From a virus (Duplodnaviria > Caudoviricetes): a stretch of DNA of 64,000 nt. The DNA is taken from positions 1-64,000 of the IMG/VR virus record IMGVR_UViG_3300013426_000026, one strand, 5' to 3'. The position numbers and the translations under genes were made by a program. A model generated the notes under the pieces. It saw only the letters and a program-made list of their open reading frames with translations. It was not told the DNA's origin and searched no databases. Shown here one piece after another: positions 41,769-57,200 of the stretch. How positions within the stretch are numbered: position 1 is the stretch's first letter; each line of letters opens with the position of its first letter.

Positions 41769-44700
41769 ATGGCTAATAGAAATAATAGTGCTTCATATGA
41801 TGTAAAACTTGCTTTTACGGCTGATACTGCGTAGGCGAGACAATAGCTAGAAAATTTATAGAATGAGCTTACTAAATTAGCTAATTTTAAATCCACAGAT
41901 ACTTTAACTCATGGATTAAATAAAGAGCTAGCAGAAGCATCTATTCAAGCTAATCAATTGAAGAATAGTTTAGAGAAAGCTACTGATATTAATACGGGAA
42001 AATTAAATTTAACTGCTTTTTCTAACGAATTAACCAAAAATGGTAAAAGCATAGACGATTATAGAAAAGCTCTTGTTGCATTAGGTCCTTCTGGGGAAGA
42101 AGCTTTTTTACAATTAACGTAGAGTATAATTACTGCCGATGCGGCTTTAACCACCGGTAATAAGAAATTAAATGATTTTAAGAAAACTTTAGCTAATACT
42201 GTTAAATGGTAGATTTCTTCTAGCATGATGCATAATTTTATAGGTGGTATTGAAACGGCTTATAACTATGCAAAAGATTTAGATAGATCTCTAACTGATA
42301 TTAAAATAGTTACTGAAAGTAGTTCATAGTCAATGGCCGATTTTGCCTAGAAAGCTAATAAGGCGGCATAGGCTTTAAGTACAACTACTAATAATTATGC
42401 TTAGGCCTCCTTAATTTATTATCAGTAGGGCTTAAGTGGTAAAGAAGTAGAGGATAGAACTGCGGTTACTATCAAAATGGCTAATGCCGCTGGCGAAAGT
42501 GCATCTAAAGTTTCTGATCAATTAACCGCGGTTTGGAATAACTTTTATGATGGTAGTAAGTCTCTTGAATATTATGCTGATGTAATGACGAAGCTTGGTG
42601 CCTATACGGCGTCTAGTACTGATGAAATTTCAGAAGGTATTCAAAAGTTTGCATCTGTTGCTAATACTATCGGTCTTAGTTATGAATATGCCACTTCGGC
42701 ATTGGCTACATTAACTGCTCGTACTCGTGAAAGTGCAGATACAGTAGGTAATAGCCTTAAGACTCTTTTCGCGCGTATTCAAGGTCTTAGTTTGGGTGAA
42801 ACACTTGAAGATGGTACCGATTTAAACAAGTATTCTAAAGCTCTGATGAAGGCTGGCATTGATATCAAGGATTAGAATGGTGAATTAAAAGAAATGAATA
42901 CTATCCTTGATGAAATGATGGATAAGTGGGATGGACTTAGCCGAGCTGAACAAGTTGCATTAGCATAGACGGTTGGCGGTGTTCGCCAATATACTCAACT
43001 TGTTAATCTTATGGAAAATAAAGATTACTTTAAAGAATTGGTTGGCGTTGCTGAAAATTCTACTGGTTCTTTAGAGACTCAAGCAGAAATTTATGCTGAT
43101 AGTTGGGAAGGCGCTCGTAAAAGAGTCTAGGCCGCTGCTGAGGGTATTTATGATAGCTTAATTGATGAAAATTTCTTTAAAACTGTTGATGATGTAACAG
43201 CCACTACTTTAAATGGTATTAATGCTATTATTACAGGTTTGGGCGGAATTAAAGGCGTTGTTTCAAGTTTAGGGGCTTTAGTATTTAATATTTATCGTAA
43301 AGAAATATCTACGAGTTTAAATTCTTTCGGTAATATGATTTATAATATGACCCCCCAAGGACAAAAAGCAGTTGAAAATCGTAGGCAAGAAGCATTGGCT
43401 TCTGAAAAGAAAATGTTTGAAAGCTTTTATAATAGTCCTGCAGAAGATAGAACGGCGGATGATGTGGCTCGTATTAATAAGTATCAAACAATTTATGAAT
43501 TTTCTCAAAAGATTTATGATGTATCAGAAAAATTAACTGATGAAGAAAAGAAGTAGGCCGCATAGCATTTAGACATTATAAATTCTTTAAGCCAAGAGGC
43601 TATTAAATATGGAGAAATTTATGAAAAAGCTAATAATGCAACTGAAGAAACTAGATTAAAATTATTTTAGACTATTCGGGCTAAAGAAAATGGTAATCTT
43701 TTTACAAATGTAGATGAAGAAAGATTTTTTACTGCATAGAATTAGGCGATAGCAGCGAGTGTTTATCGTAAATAGGCTTCACGGACTGGTGCTTTTGGAT
43801 ATAATACCGATAAAGACGATTTAATTTTTTATTTAGATCACTTAGAAAAATCAACATAGAATTTTTTAAGAGCGAATGATAATTTAATTGGCGGTGAGGG
43901 CTTTTAGAACTATCGATTAGCGGACAATGCTCAAGTTTTAAAAATAATTCAAAATTTAAAAGCTGAAATTAATTCTTTAGATAAAGATGGTAGCTTAAAT
44001 AATGTAATAGATAAAATCAATTTATTAATTACTGGTGACAGAAAAATAGAAGATAAATTTAATGGCCAAGAAGGTAAAAAAGAATTAATTAAGGCTGGAT
44101 TTATAGATAGTAATAATAAAAATCATTATTTTGCTGGCGTAAGAAATTTAGCTCGTAATCAAGAAGAAAATTATAATTAGAGTTTTACGAGCAGATTTGA
44201 GAAGGTTGCTGGAACATTTAATTTACGCCCATAGGAGATAGAGGCTGTATATAATTCTATGACTAAATTATCATAGGCTGAGTATGACAGTGCTATGGCC
44301 GCTGGAAATGTGTCTAGAGCCAATTAGATTATGGGAGAATGGCTTGATAAAGTTTCTCAAAAGACTACATCAACCTCCGAAGCTATGGTAGCATTTGCAG
44401 GTGCATGTATGAATTTAGCCTCTTTTTCAAATTAGATAAAAGGATTTTTTGATACGTTAGCTAACCCTAATACTACTGCGTTAGAAAAAACAGTAAGTAT
44501 TTTAACTTCTATTGGCATGTTAGTTCCATAGTTTATTAATTTATAGAAGAATTTATAGTCTATCGGAAATAGTAAAGTTATTCAAAAAATAAAAGATTAT
44601 TTCGCTTCTTCTTTGGATACTTAGGAAACAGCTCGAAATACTACAGAAGAATTAAAAAATGCTGAAGCAAAAAGATAGGCCACTAGAGCTTCTAAAGGCA

Positions 44701-47700
44701 AAGCACAAGCCTTATAGCAAGAAGCAAGCGCTGAAAGTGCAGACACTGCGGCTACAGGTTCACGAGGATTACTTTCTAACATATCCGGAGCCACTTCACT
44801 TGCGATTGGTTTAGGCTCTGTTATAGCTATTTTAACTCTTATTAATTAGTTGTTTGAGGCTCATAAAAATAAATTAATAGAAACTGCATAGACTAGTTAG
44901 GAATATTTATAGACTTTAAAATCAGAAATAGATACTAATAATGAGTTAATTGACAGCTATGAAGAAACTTTAAAGACTTACCAAAAGACCGGAGAAGGAA
45001 AAGCGGAATTACGAGAAGTAGGCAGTAAATTATGTGATAGCTTAGATATTGAAAATTCAGCTTTATTAATTCAGCAAGGACGGTATGAAGAGTTAGCGAA
45101 AAAAATTAAAGAAGCTAATTAGGCTAAATTAAATGGCTCAATATAGTCAGCCGACCAGGCTATTAATGATAATTTTTCCGCGGGAATTTTACAAGGTTCA
45201 TACACAAAGTATAATTCTACTCAAGGAACTCATAGAATTTATAGTGGTAATAAAAATAAGTTTACTAAAGATTTTGAAATAGAGTTATTAGCTGATAATC
45301 CTAATTTAATTGGATGGGACAATTATACTTCGATTAGTAATTCTAATGATTTTGTTAATTGGTATGAAAAAGCTTAGAATATACAACAAGCTACTTTAGA
45401 AAAAGCCGGAAAACAAGGAATTAAAACAGAAGATATTTCTTATCTTAAAAAATTAAATGAATTTTTAGCTGATAATAAAGAATTTTATGAAAATACAAAA
45501 GCTTTATTAGATAATGAAAATTCTTTAATATTAGATAAAGCGTGGTTTGGTTCAGATTCAGAAAATGTAAATTCTTTAAAAGAGTATACAAATTTTCTTA
45601 AAGAATTTAAGAGTGAGACTTTAAGTTTAAATTCTGAAGATTCTGATGGAATTATTAATAGTTATTTATTTGGTAAAGAGGGTATTGGGAACTATGCCCT
45701 TTAGTATTCTGCTTTGGAAGAGTGGTTAAAAAATGCTAATGTTACTTCCGCAGTTACTCCTGAAGATATAATAAATAATTTTTCTGATTAGGATATTGAA
45801 ATATTATTAAATTTACGTACTGAGGCTACTGGAGTTATTAGCGGAAATGATTGGATTTCTTCTTTTTAGAATTTAATTAAACTATCTCAAAAAATAGCTG
45901 ATAATTCGCCCATTGAATTTAATATTTCAATTGCAAAAAAAGCAAAAGAAAAATTAAAAAAAGAAATGGACGAAGATGATTGGACTAAATATTTTAAAGA
46001 TGTAGATATTCCTTGGGGACAAAAAGGTTGGGTTACATAGTCTGGTTTTTAGTCTATGACTGATAATCAAAGATAGCAATATTTATCATAGAAATAGATT
46101 GAAGAAAATCAAACAAATTATGAATTAATTTAGAATAAAGATGCTTGGATTGCTAATTAGCAAAGTATTTATGATGAATTAATAGCTAATAATACGGCTA
46201 AAATATAGGATTTAAATAATTCAGCACCGACTGATGAAGATATTCAAAGAGCACAAAATACAATAAATAATGATGAACAAAGATAGTCTAACCTTAAGTG
46301 GTTAGAAGAAATGACTAATACTTATAATTAGATTTTAGAAGATGCTGGATTAAAAGATTAGAATGCTATTGATAAAGCCTTAGATGCTAAATCAGATGAA
46401 GCAAATAATGCTTTAATACAAGCTTATAATCTTATGTCTTTAGCTTAGGCGACTGTAGATAGAGATAATTAGAATTTAATTAATGCATAGGATACAATTT
46501 CATTATCTGAAACTTATAGTGAATTAGTTACCGATGCTGAAAAATATGGTGAACAATTAGCCTCTGAAAGAAATAATATTGAAGATTCTTATAATGCTAT
46601 TATTCAATCTTTTGAGAATTCTCGTAGTTAGATGCTTTCATCGATTAATCTTTAGAATTTAGATATCGGCGATACTATTACTGCTGATGCGTATTCAACA
46701 TTAGAGTCTTTTGGAATTCATGTAGAAGATTATTTTTCAGAAATGGATGATGGTACTTACAAATTAATTGCAAAAGCATAGGAATTAAATAAAATTTTAG
46801 GAGTAGCTTCTATTGAAAATGCTTATAATGCTGCTGATAATTTTGTTAGCTCTATTTATAAATCTTAGAATCTTGAGCTTCCTGAAAATATGCAAATTCC
46901 GCGAGATACTTTTTTAACTATAACCAATAGTATAATAGATAAAGGTATTCCATCGAATTGGGATAATGAGTATAAGGAATCTTGGATCAAAGCTGCCGGT
47001 TTGAATGTTGAAGAGTATAAAAATAAATTGGATGAAGGCGTTGTTGAAGCTGCTAAACATTATCAAGAATTAATTAATAACGGCGATTATCAAATCGATG
47101 TTACAGTTCTTAATTCTGATAATATGCTTGATTTAAACAAAAATGCTAAAGCTGCCGGAATAGATACAACGGATAAACGGTATACAGATGCTATGGTTAG
47201 TATGGCTTCAGAAGCGGGCATAGAGTATGACGCTACAGTAACTGCTGTTATTGATGCACAATCAAAATATGATGAAGCTATAAGTAATTATGGTGAAAAC
47301 TCAGAATTAGCCAAAAAAGCCACAGAAGATTTATCGAAAGCTCAAGATAATTTAGCTAAAAATATTCGTACTATTTAGTTTTATAAAGCAACAGAAGATT
47401 TAGCTAATTATATGAAAACTTTAAAAACTACTAAAGATAATACTGAAAAAATGACTACGGCAACTAAAGCCGCAGAAGCCATTAGTAAAGCTTTTGGTAA
47501 AACTGTTGATTCTTCTTTTGTTTTAGATAAGGAAAATTAGAAGTTAATTGATAAATTAATTAATGGCACTTAGAAGCAAAAAAATGAGGCAGCATTTAAG
47601 ATTGATTTAAAAATCGATAATACAGAATTTACAAAAGACGTGAAAGATGCAGTAAAAGATGCTTCGGGAGATGCTGGAGAAGAAATAAATAGATCTTTTG

Positions 47701-50700
47701 CTACTCAATTTGAATAGGTAGATTTAAGTGAATCTATAACTAATGGTATGGAACAAGGAGTCCAAACTGGGGCCGATGCGGTAAGGGCTACAATAAATAG
47801 TTTAAATGGATTAACTTTTAATGCAGATGGTTCTATTAATATGGATAATTCTTCGGCTGTTAGTGCCTTGCAAGGTCTTCAGACCGCTTTAGGTAATACT
47901 ACTGGAGAAGCTGGACCATTAGCTGGTATATTAAGCAGTATTTTATAGACCAGTATGACTCTTGATTCTGCTCAAATTCAAACTTTAGTAGATTTTTTAA
48001 CAGATTTATTTAATGCTTTATAGGGCGACGCAAGCGCCTTAGAGAGTATCGCTAGTAAAGGGGCTACTCAATTAACAAATGCTGGTATTGACATGACTGG
48101 CATGGGCCCAGGAGAAAACGAATGGACTAATATTACTACTAAAGGACCTTCTGGTGGAGGTGGAGGCTCTTCCTCTAAAAAGTCTGCTTCTGATATAGGT
48201 AAAGAAATTCAAGATAAACGTATTGCAGTTAATGAAAAAAAGCGTGAGTTATTAGAAACAAAACGTGAAGGTGCTAATCCAGAAGATGCACAAAAATATA
48301 TTAAAGAAGAAATTGACTTACTCGAAGAAGAACAATAGCTTCTTGAAGAATAGATTAAATCTTGGAAAACTTTATTAAAGACTAAAGTTCAAGAATTTAA
48401 TGCTAAACATCCAGAATTAGAAATTACTCTTGATGACAATGGCGAAATTGCTAATGCTTCTGAACTTTGGGGTAAAGTTTGGGCTGAATATGAAAAAAAT
48501 ATGCAAGAGGGCATGTCTGGCGAAGAACTCAATGAATGGTTTACTAAAATCAGTAATGATATTAATGGGCCTATGGGTATCCAAGAGAATATTGATGAAA
48601 ATGTCGCGGCCATTGCTTAGAAAGAAAAAGAGTAGGCTGAGCTTGAGCTTGAATCAATAACTAAAGCCATTGATTGGAAAGTCAAACAAATTGATTTCTA
48701 GATTAAGCGTCTTAATTATTATCAAGAAAAGCTTCTTAAATAGGCTCATGGCAATAAACAAACTATTGAAGCAATGCTTGAAGGATTTGCTTACCAAGAG
48801 CAAGAAATGCTTTAGTTGTTTGATAAAGGTGCTACATTGCGCAGTGGCATTGATCAATTAAATTCGGCGAAAGCACAATATCCAGATTATGCGCAAATGT
48901 TTGATGAATAGATACTTGATTATCAAAGTGATTTGATTGATGTTAATGAAGCTATTCTTGATTTGCGTAATGACATTGAAGACCTTGTGCAAAATGTTAT
49001 GGATTTGGCGCTTGATGAGATTGATAAATAGATAGAACGTCTTGATACTTATACATCAATGCTTGACCATCTTAATAATATTATTGATTTGTCTGGTCGT
49101 TCAATGCTTGATATGGGCCTGAAGACTTAGATTGGTGCTACTAAAGTCCAAACTATGATTGGCAAAATGACCACTCTCAAAGGTCAAATGGATGGTTTGG
49201 TTAAAGCGCAAAAAGAAGCCGAAGAAGCATTGGCCGATCGTAGGGCTGATGGAGATGAATCTTCTGTTAAGTTCTGGGAAAACCAAGTTGAGGTTATTAA
49301 ACAAGAAGTTGAAAAGGCATCCGATGAATTCCTTGGTTCTTGGGAAGAAACTCTTGAAGCTGCGCAAGATTTATTTGAAATGCGCGTGGAGATGGCAATT
49401 AATACATTAAGTAATGCCCTTTCGCCCTTTGAGACTCTTGAAGATTTTTAGGATAAATACGAGAAAGCCAAAACTATTAATGACCAATATCTTGATGATG
49501 CAGAACGCCTCTATGAATTAAATAAACTCAATCGCCAGCTCAATTTATAGATGAAAGATACTGATGACCTTTTGGCTCAAGAAAAACTTAAAGAGATTTA
49601 GAAAGAGATTAACGATCTTCAGGCCGATGGCGTCTAGATGAGTCAATATGACCTTGAGTATTTGCAAAAGAAATATGATTTACAACTTGCCGAAATTGCC
49701 CTTATGGAGCAATAGAATTCAAAGACTTCAATGCGTTTAGTACGTGATGCCGCGGGCAACTGGACTTATGCCTATGATGCCGATGAAGAAAAAATTGAGG
49801 ATGCTACATAGAAATATGAAGATGCGGTTCATGATTTAGGTGAGTTAAGTAAAGATTATATTAATGATGTAAGTGAATAGTTAATCCAAAATTAGATTGA
49901 TTTTAAAGAAGCCTTACAAGATCTTGATAAGAATTCGGCAGATTATTCCAATTAGCTGTTAGCTTTACAAGAATACTACGTTGAAAGACAAAGATATTTG
50001 CTTGATGAATTAAATAAAGGTGTTGTAAATAGTGGCCAAACCTTCCATGATACTTTATATGGTCAAATGACTGATTTGTATGATTACAATGATGCTTATA
50101 TGCAATTTGTTAATAATTCTAATATTACAATTAGTGAATTATAGACTAATTATAAAGATTGGCAAAAAGTTGTTGAAACTGCAATGAACGTTGCTGGTAC
50201 GTCTTGGGACAATTTTGGTACAGACATGGGAGGAACTCTTGATAGTCTTGAAGAACATATCCAAAAGCTTTGTGATGAAATTGAAGAACTCGTTGATGTA
50301 TTAATGGGTTATATTTCATAGTCTATTGGTATGGTTCTTGATTGGGAATAGAAATATTCCAAGAGAACTGACCAAGAGCTTGCCAAGAACGAAAGCTATA
50401 TTGATGGTAATTTTAGTGGCGGTGGGGGGAGGTATACTGACGTTGATATGCGTACTGATTGGAATCGTGTTATAGCTGAAATTACAGCTACTGGTACCTC
50501 AAAAGATGCCTATGGTAATATTGTTACAGATATTAATTAGGCTTATGAAAATCGTTAGGCAAAGTAGGATAAGATGAAGGAAGGCGTAAAAGCTGAACAT
50601 GAAAAGTCTGGTGAAAGCTTTACCGATGATGAGCAGGCAGCTGCAATTGCTAAATCCAATAAAGACGTAGCTGACGAAATGCATAAGAAATATGGTTCTG

Positions 50701-51086
50701 GCGCCGCAACAGGTGCTTATACTGGTGATTGGGGTTTTGGTCAAGGATTCGGTCCTGATAATGGCAAGTTAATTAAAGTCCATCCAAAGGAATTAATTCT
50801 TAATAAAAAGGATACTTCTAATATATTGCGCGCGGTTGATATTGTACGTAATATGAATACTTGGGTGGATGATTAGATTAAGCGCATGAACCAACAAAGT
50901 CAATCTGCGATTAGTGATTTAATGACTGATATTATGCCTCCTGTTTATAATGATTAGCCCATTCAATAGGACGTTAAGATAGAAGCTAATTTTCCGAATG
51001 TCACTGATCATTATGAAATTGAAGAAGCATTGTCTAATCTTAGTAATGATGCTGCATAGTACATCAGCGCGAATAGAAATAGATGA
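41769..51086 (+). CDS. tail tape measure protein (~3105 aa; TAG=Gln)
   Basis: seven track ORFs share one frame; TP901-type core (ESADTVGNSLKTLFARI); helical composition; C-terminal HPKELILN. Confidence 0.85.
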
Positions 51087-51131
51087 GGAGATTAATTTCT
51101 CCTCATCTATTTAGGAGTGAAAGGAGATAAT

Positions 51132-54100
51132 ATGGCTCACAATAGAAAAGAAGAATATCTGGCTGTTGTAAAATAGCCAAAAGAAATATCTAATACATTA
51201 TTAGAAACAATTGATTATATAGCGCAATAGCGTGATGCGGAATTATCTTTTGATAAAACCATTATTGCCGAAATAGTTAGTCTTAATAATGCGGATACTG
51301 GTGAATATTTTGTAGAATATCAAAAAGGCAAATTTCGTGCTTACACACCGACTAATTTAAATTATACATACTCTAAGGGAACTAATATATATGTTAAAAT
51401 CCCTGGAGGGGATTTTACTTAGAAGAAAATTATTGAAGGTAAGGTATCGGCCTCTTCTTATAGTGCTGAAGAATATGAAGCATTAGCTCAATAGGTAGTT
51501 GATATTAGTGATATTTATACTAATGCTAATGAATACTCTTTATTAGCCTATGCACAAGAAGATAGTGAATATTATCAAAAAGTAATCTATGAAAATCCTA
51601 GTTTAGAAGAAGATATAGCATTTACTAGCTTATTGAGTACTTACCCTAATATTAAAATTTCGGCTAATTTTAGGACTAAATTTTATGGGTCTATGGTAGC
51701 CGGTAATTATGGCATAATTGTAGATTTTTTAGAAAAAGATAGTGGAATTACTTATTCACGTAGATTAGATATAAATAATTTTTCAGGTAGTATATACAAT
51801 TATGAAGTAAATTCTCCATAGTATGCAATTTATGATATGTCAGGAATTAACCTTTTAGGTATTCAAAAAATTACTTTTTTTCAAGAACGTTTTATTAGAT
51901 ATGATACTGTTTTTAATGCTTATAATGAACCAGTAGAAGTATATAATAAAGAACCAAATATATTTGTAAATAATATAAAAATTAACTTTGTTGATATCCA
52001 AGATAGTTCCAAAGATTTATATTATGTAGGCATTAGCGCGCCTCAAGGCTTATCTTTAATTCAAGATACTGATAAAATTAAATTAACTGGCGTTTTATAT
52101 TATGCTGGGAAAGATATAATGGATAAAACCAACTGTATTTGTAGATGGTATAAGCAGAATCCGTCGGTTTTATCCGGAAGTGAAAAATATGATAAAGCTG
52201 CGGGTCCAGGTTGGGAAATGATAAATGATGGAATTAATTTAAATTTTAATGAACTTATTGTTTCTGGTAAAGATGTTTACTAGCAAATGCGTTATAAATT
52301 AGTTGTAATATATAATTCATCAGTAACTCTGAGCAAAGATGTACGAGTAGTTAAATATTATAATGAGCGCTTTACAATTATTCGAAATGATATTAGTGAT
52401 ACAGAGGTCAAATTGACTATTGTTGATTCATAGTCCAAAATAGAAGGCGCGGATTGGTATGTTGATTTATAGGATGGTTCTTATCTTGCTTTAAATAAGA
52501 ATACACTTGAAATAGATATTAGTCAATATTTAAGTTATGGCACAATAATGTTTTATGCCGTCGCTAAAATTAATGAAGATAGCGATGATTATGTTCCTTG
52601 CGAATACAAATTAGTTAATTATCTTAAAGATTCACCAGTACGAGTAGTATTTGATGGCAATGATACATTTTAGTATGACGAAAATGGTAGCATTACTTAC
52701 GACTAGTCAATTATGGAAATTATTATAAAACCGACGATTACTGTTGATAAAGAGAATATCGGCGTAAAAACTATAACCTGGTTTTCACCCGATGGTGCGG
52801 AATTAGTTGAATATCCTACTACTAAAATTACTAATTCTATGATTTCTAAATTATGGATTGATAAAGCCACTAATTCAGTACATTATAATATACGTCAAAA
52901 GTATTATGCTAATTATACCAATAATACTTTATCGTTACGAATTATTACTTTGGCCGATAAAGAATTTTATTTTAGTAAAGGTATTATATTTACAAAACAA
53001 GGATAGTATAAAATTAATGGTCAAGACTATTCTTTTACTATTAAACAATGTTCTGCGGATGGTAGCGAAATTAGTCAACGGCCATTAAATAAAATGAAGG
53101 CAGAAGATGAATATGAACCTATTTATTTTAAACCTGAATTGCGTTTAAATGGGGAAATAATAAAAAATGGAACATCTTATAAAGATGAAGATGGCAATTT
53201 ATTAAGTACCTATAAGATATAGATAAGCACAAAAGATATTAATATTACTAGTGAATTATCAAATGCTGAATAGAATATCTATAAAATTACAAAAGCTACT
53301 GATGATTGTGACGGTTAGTATTTTATTAAATTTACTGCCTCTATTGGATTAAGTGGCAATCAAGTAAAAAAGCAATATTTGCATTAGTATCAACCAATTA
53401 TGGTTAGTTTAGGCGCGGAAATAGATAATATCGGAACAATTTCTATACCTTCTAAAATAATATATGATGCTTCTGGTACGCCCGCTTATTCTTCATCTAC
53501 CGCAATCTCTTTTAAATATAAAACTTCTAAAAAGAAAGAAAAAGAATTAATTGGTAAAAATACAAAATCGTTAACCAGTAATATTTTTCTCTATCCTATT
53601 ACTTATGGAGATGGCAAAGGCGGATATTATTTACGTCCTGTAGATAGTTATAGTGGTGCTTACTTTGCTGGTAGCACGGACACAGTAAAAACAACACCTA
53701 TGGGAGCTTTACAGATTACTATTTCTAAAAAGGCTTATATTATTTATCCAATAGTAATGTTGACTAGTAAAGATACCGGCGTAACTGATAGTAATACTGA
53801 TGGTACAAAAACAAGTACAGTTGATGATGAAGATGCAGAAAAAACTTCTCCAGTGAATGGAGTTTTAAATATAAATAATGAAAATGGCTAGAACATAATT
53901 GGCGCAATAGATAAAGTTACTACTCCTGGTGCTTTTACTTAGTCTTTAGAAGGTGTAGAGTAGAATTATTAGTCCATCCCCGGATTATTTTAGTATGATA
54001 CCGATGGTATTCCTACTAATGTACTGCGCTCTGATGGATTTGTTAGATTGGGCGGAAATGGTATAGTTATTAAAGATGGAAATGTAAAAGTGAATGATGC

Positions 54101-54179
54101 GGATATTTTAACCACTAAAAGTATTATTGCATGGATTTAGGCACATAAAGATGAAGTTAAATAGATATTAGAATTATAA
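51132..54179 (+). CDS. tail tip/baseplate protein (~1015 aa; TAG=Gln)
   Basis: four track ORFs in one frame; beta-rich; follows the tape measure gene. Confidence 0.7.
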
Positions 54180-54212
54180 TGGAATAGATTTTAATCTATT
54201 CCATTTTTTTAT
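54178..54212 (+). terminator. intrinsic terminator
   Basis: AATGGAATAGA-loop-TCTATTCCATT followed by a T run. Confidence 0.7.
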
Positions 54213-54285
54213 TTGGTCCAAAGACGTATATTTATTACAATTGATTTTTAAAAATAAATAGAATAGAGTTAAAGGAGGCAAATAA

Positions 54286-57200
54286 ATGGCTGAAAGCACA
54301 ATTAATATAAATCGAGTATATCCGCCAATTGTTGGTAGTTCTATACCGGCTTTTTTGGCTAGTGATGCTACTTTAAATATAGAATTTTCTTTACCAAAAT
54401 CATTAAATTATGATGATGTAAAGAACATATCAATTAAATTTACTCAATAGTCAAATAATAAAAGTGTTGTAGATACTGATGTATACTATGATGGTATTAT
54501 TTATATGGAAAAGCCGGCTTATTCATCTACTGGTGTATATACAGTTACTATAAACAGTTCTGATATAAAATTAGGTGATACTTATGGTTGGATGGCAAAC
54601 ACTTTTTATAAAATTCAATTGCGTTTTGGATATAGTACTTTAAATTATACTGATAAAGTTAGTTTCTTTAAATGGAAAAAAGCTCAAAATACCGCGACGG
54701 CTTTTTCAGAATGGTCTAATGTAATTATTACGAAAGCTATCCAAGAGCCTATAGTTGATATTTTAAATAATCAAGATACTACTTCATTAGATGTTGGTTT
54801 TATCCTTGTTTCTAGCCAAAATGTAGAAAGTAGCAGATTTCCTAAATTCCAAGGCGGTTATTATAATGTAGCTGAAGAGCCTATGGATAAATATAGATTT
54901 AGATTGTATGAAGGCTCTTATACCTCTGAATTATTACCAACATCTGACCCTTATTTGCAAACAGAGTGGTTACAATTTAATGGTTCGGGCAATAATAAAT
55001 ATAGTGGTTTAGTAGAATATAGTTTTAATCAATAGTTAGATTATACTGGCTTAAAGACTTATTCAATTATTTTTGATATTATTACGGCGAATGGCTATCA
55101 AAAATCTTCTGAATTTTATAATTTTACAATTACAGAAAATTATTTAAAGCAATTTAAATCTTTGGTGTTCGTAGTTAAAGATAACACCGAAAGAACTACT
55201 TATAAAGATTTATTCTATGTGGCGGATGAAAATAATTTTAATAATTATTTATCTTATTTTGAATTAGATGGCGTAAATCCTACTTATGATGCAAATACTA
55301 CGAACAAGGCTACTGGAGATATTGGTTATATTGTAAATGATACTGAACATCGTATTTTAACGCGCGAGATGCGCGAATAGGCTGTTTAGGATTTTAATAA
55401 TCAATTGCGCGTAGATGAAAATGCTTCGTTAGAGATTTATATTAAGAATACTCCCTATTGGCAAGAAGTAGAAAAAATTGCTTATGATGAAGATGGCAAT
55501 TAGATTACTTATTATGCGCGTGAAAAGCAATATGAATCATTAGATGGTACTTTTATTTTATCTCGTGCTTGTGAAAAAGATAATTATACTCAATGGGAAG
55601 ACATTGCTGAATTTAATTGGTATAATGAAACAACTTATGATAATAAATTGACTTTGCTCTATGAAGATTTTACAATAGAAAGTGGAGTCAAATATAAATA
55701 TGCTTTATAGAAAATAAATACTGCAGGCATTCGCTCGGCTCCTAAATATGAATTTGATACCTTGGAGCAATCTCCGGAGCATTGGTCTAATTTCCAATAT
55801 AGTTATATTTATAATAATGGTATTTAGGTTAGATTAAATTATGATTGTAAAATGAATAGTTATAAACATACTACTTTATTTCAAAAACAAGATAGCCTTA
55901 ATTCTAAATATCCTATTATATTACGTAATGGGCTTGCGCATTATGCTGAATTTTAGCTTGGCGCAAAAATTTCATTATTAAGTGATGAAGATTTATCTTT
56001 CTTATTAAGAAATGATTTATATGGTGGATATTTTCATAATGGTGAATTAGTTATTTCTACAGATAAATATTTGAGATAGTTTAAGCGACAATTGGAAGTT
56101 ACTAGTAAAACATCACAAACTTTAATAGATGCGCCATCCGTTTTTAATAATTAGTTTACTAATGATAATATATATATGGAAAGAATATATCGACATTGTG
56201 TTGAGGAATTTCTTAATGATGGTGGATATAAATTATTTAAATCGGCCACAGAGGGTAATCATATTATTACTTTAACTAATGTCACTTGGACTCCTCAAGC
56301 CACTTTGGGACGTATGATTTATGATTTTAATTCTACGGCTTATGAAGTTGCTGATTGTACTCCGGCAAATATCAAATTATATAATATAAATCCATTAGAT
56401 AGTTTATCCAATAATAGTAAATTGGCAATACAAGAGGCCAATACTAAAAATAAAACAGTTATTGGGCAAATTGCTAAAGTATTTACTGGTGTTCTTGACA
56501 AAAAAAATAGTGATAATTTATAGAATATAGAAATTTTTTCTAATCCTCTTTTTAATTCAACTTATGATGATATTTATACTTCAATAAAAATTTAGGAAGA
56601 GAAAGAAATTAGTGAAGATAGAAAATATGTATTAAAAAAAATAAAAGCAATATGGATAGAAGCTTATCCAAAATTATAGCTTAAAAATAAAATTATTGCT
56701 TTAGAAGCAAAAACAACAGGGACTAGAGTAGAAATGCTAGAAAATGCTTTAGAAATTTTAAAGTATAAATAGTTGTTAGCCGAATATGATAAAAATTAGA
56801 GTAATGTTATTACTGTGATTATAAATGGTAAAGAAATTTCTATGTTCCCTAATCGAATTTATCATTTGGATGATGTAGATTTAAAAAATATGTATTTAAA
56901 ATTTACTAGACCTGTTTTGATAAATTATATCGCTGATTTAGAAGAAGAAGATTATCTCGAGAAGGTAACTATTGCAAAACGAGAATTGTTACAAATGGGA
57001 TAGCTTCACGGTATTTTTACTGAAACTTAGGACATATTAGATAATTATCAATTCTTTAGAAATGATGATAGTTCTATTGTTAATGAAAAATATAATTATG
57101 GACTTTATTCTACTTTGGATGTTATGAAAATAATTAAAGAAAAAAATCATAATTATATTTTAAATGCGTATACTGATACTAAGATACCTTCATCTTTTGA

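Noticed and set aside
41131-41770. Lambda G/GT-type frameshifted tail chaperone
   Set aside because: No clear slippery site or downstream overlapping frame was seen before the tape measure start.
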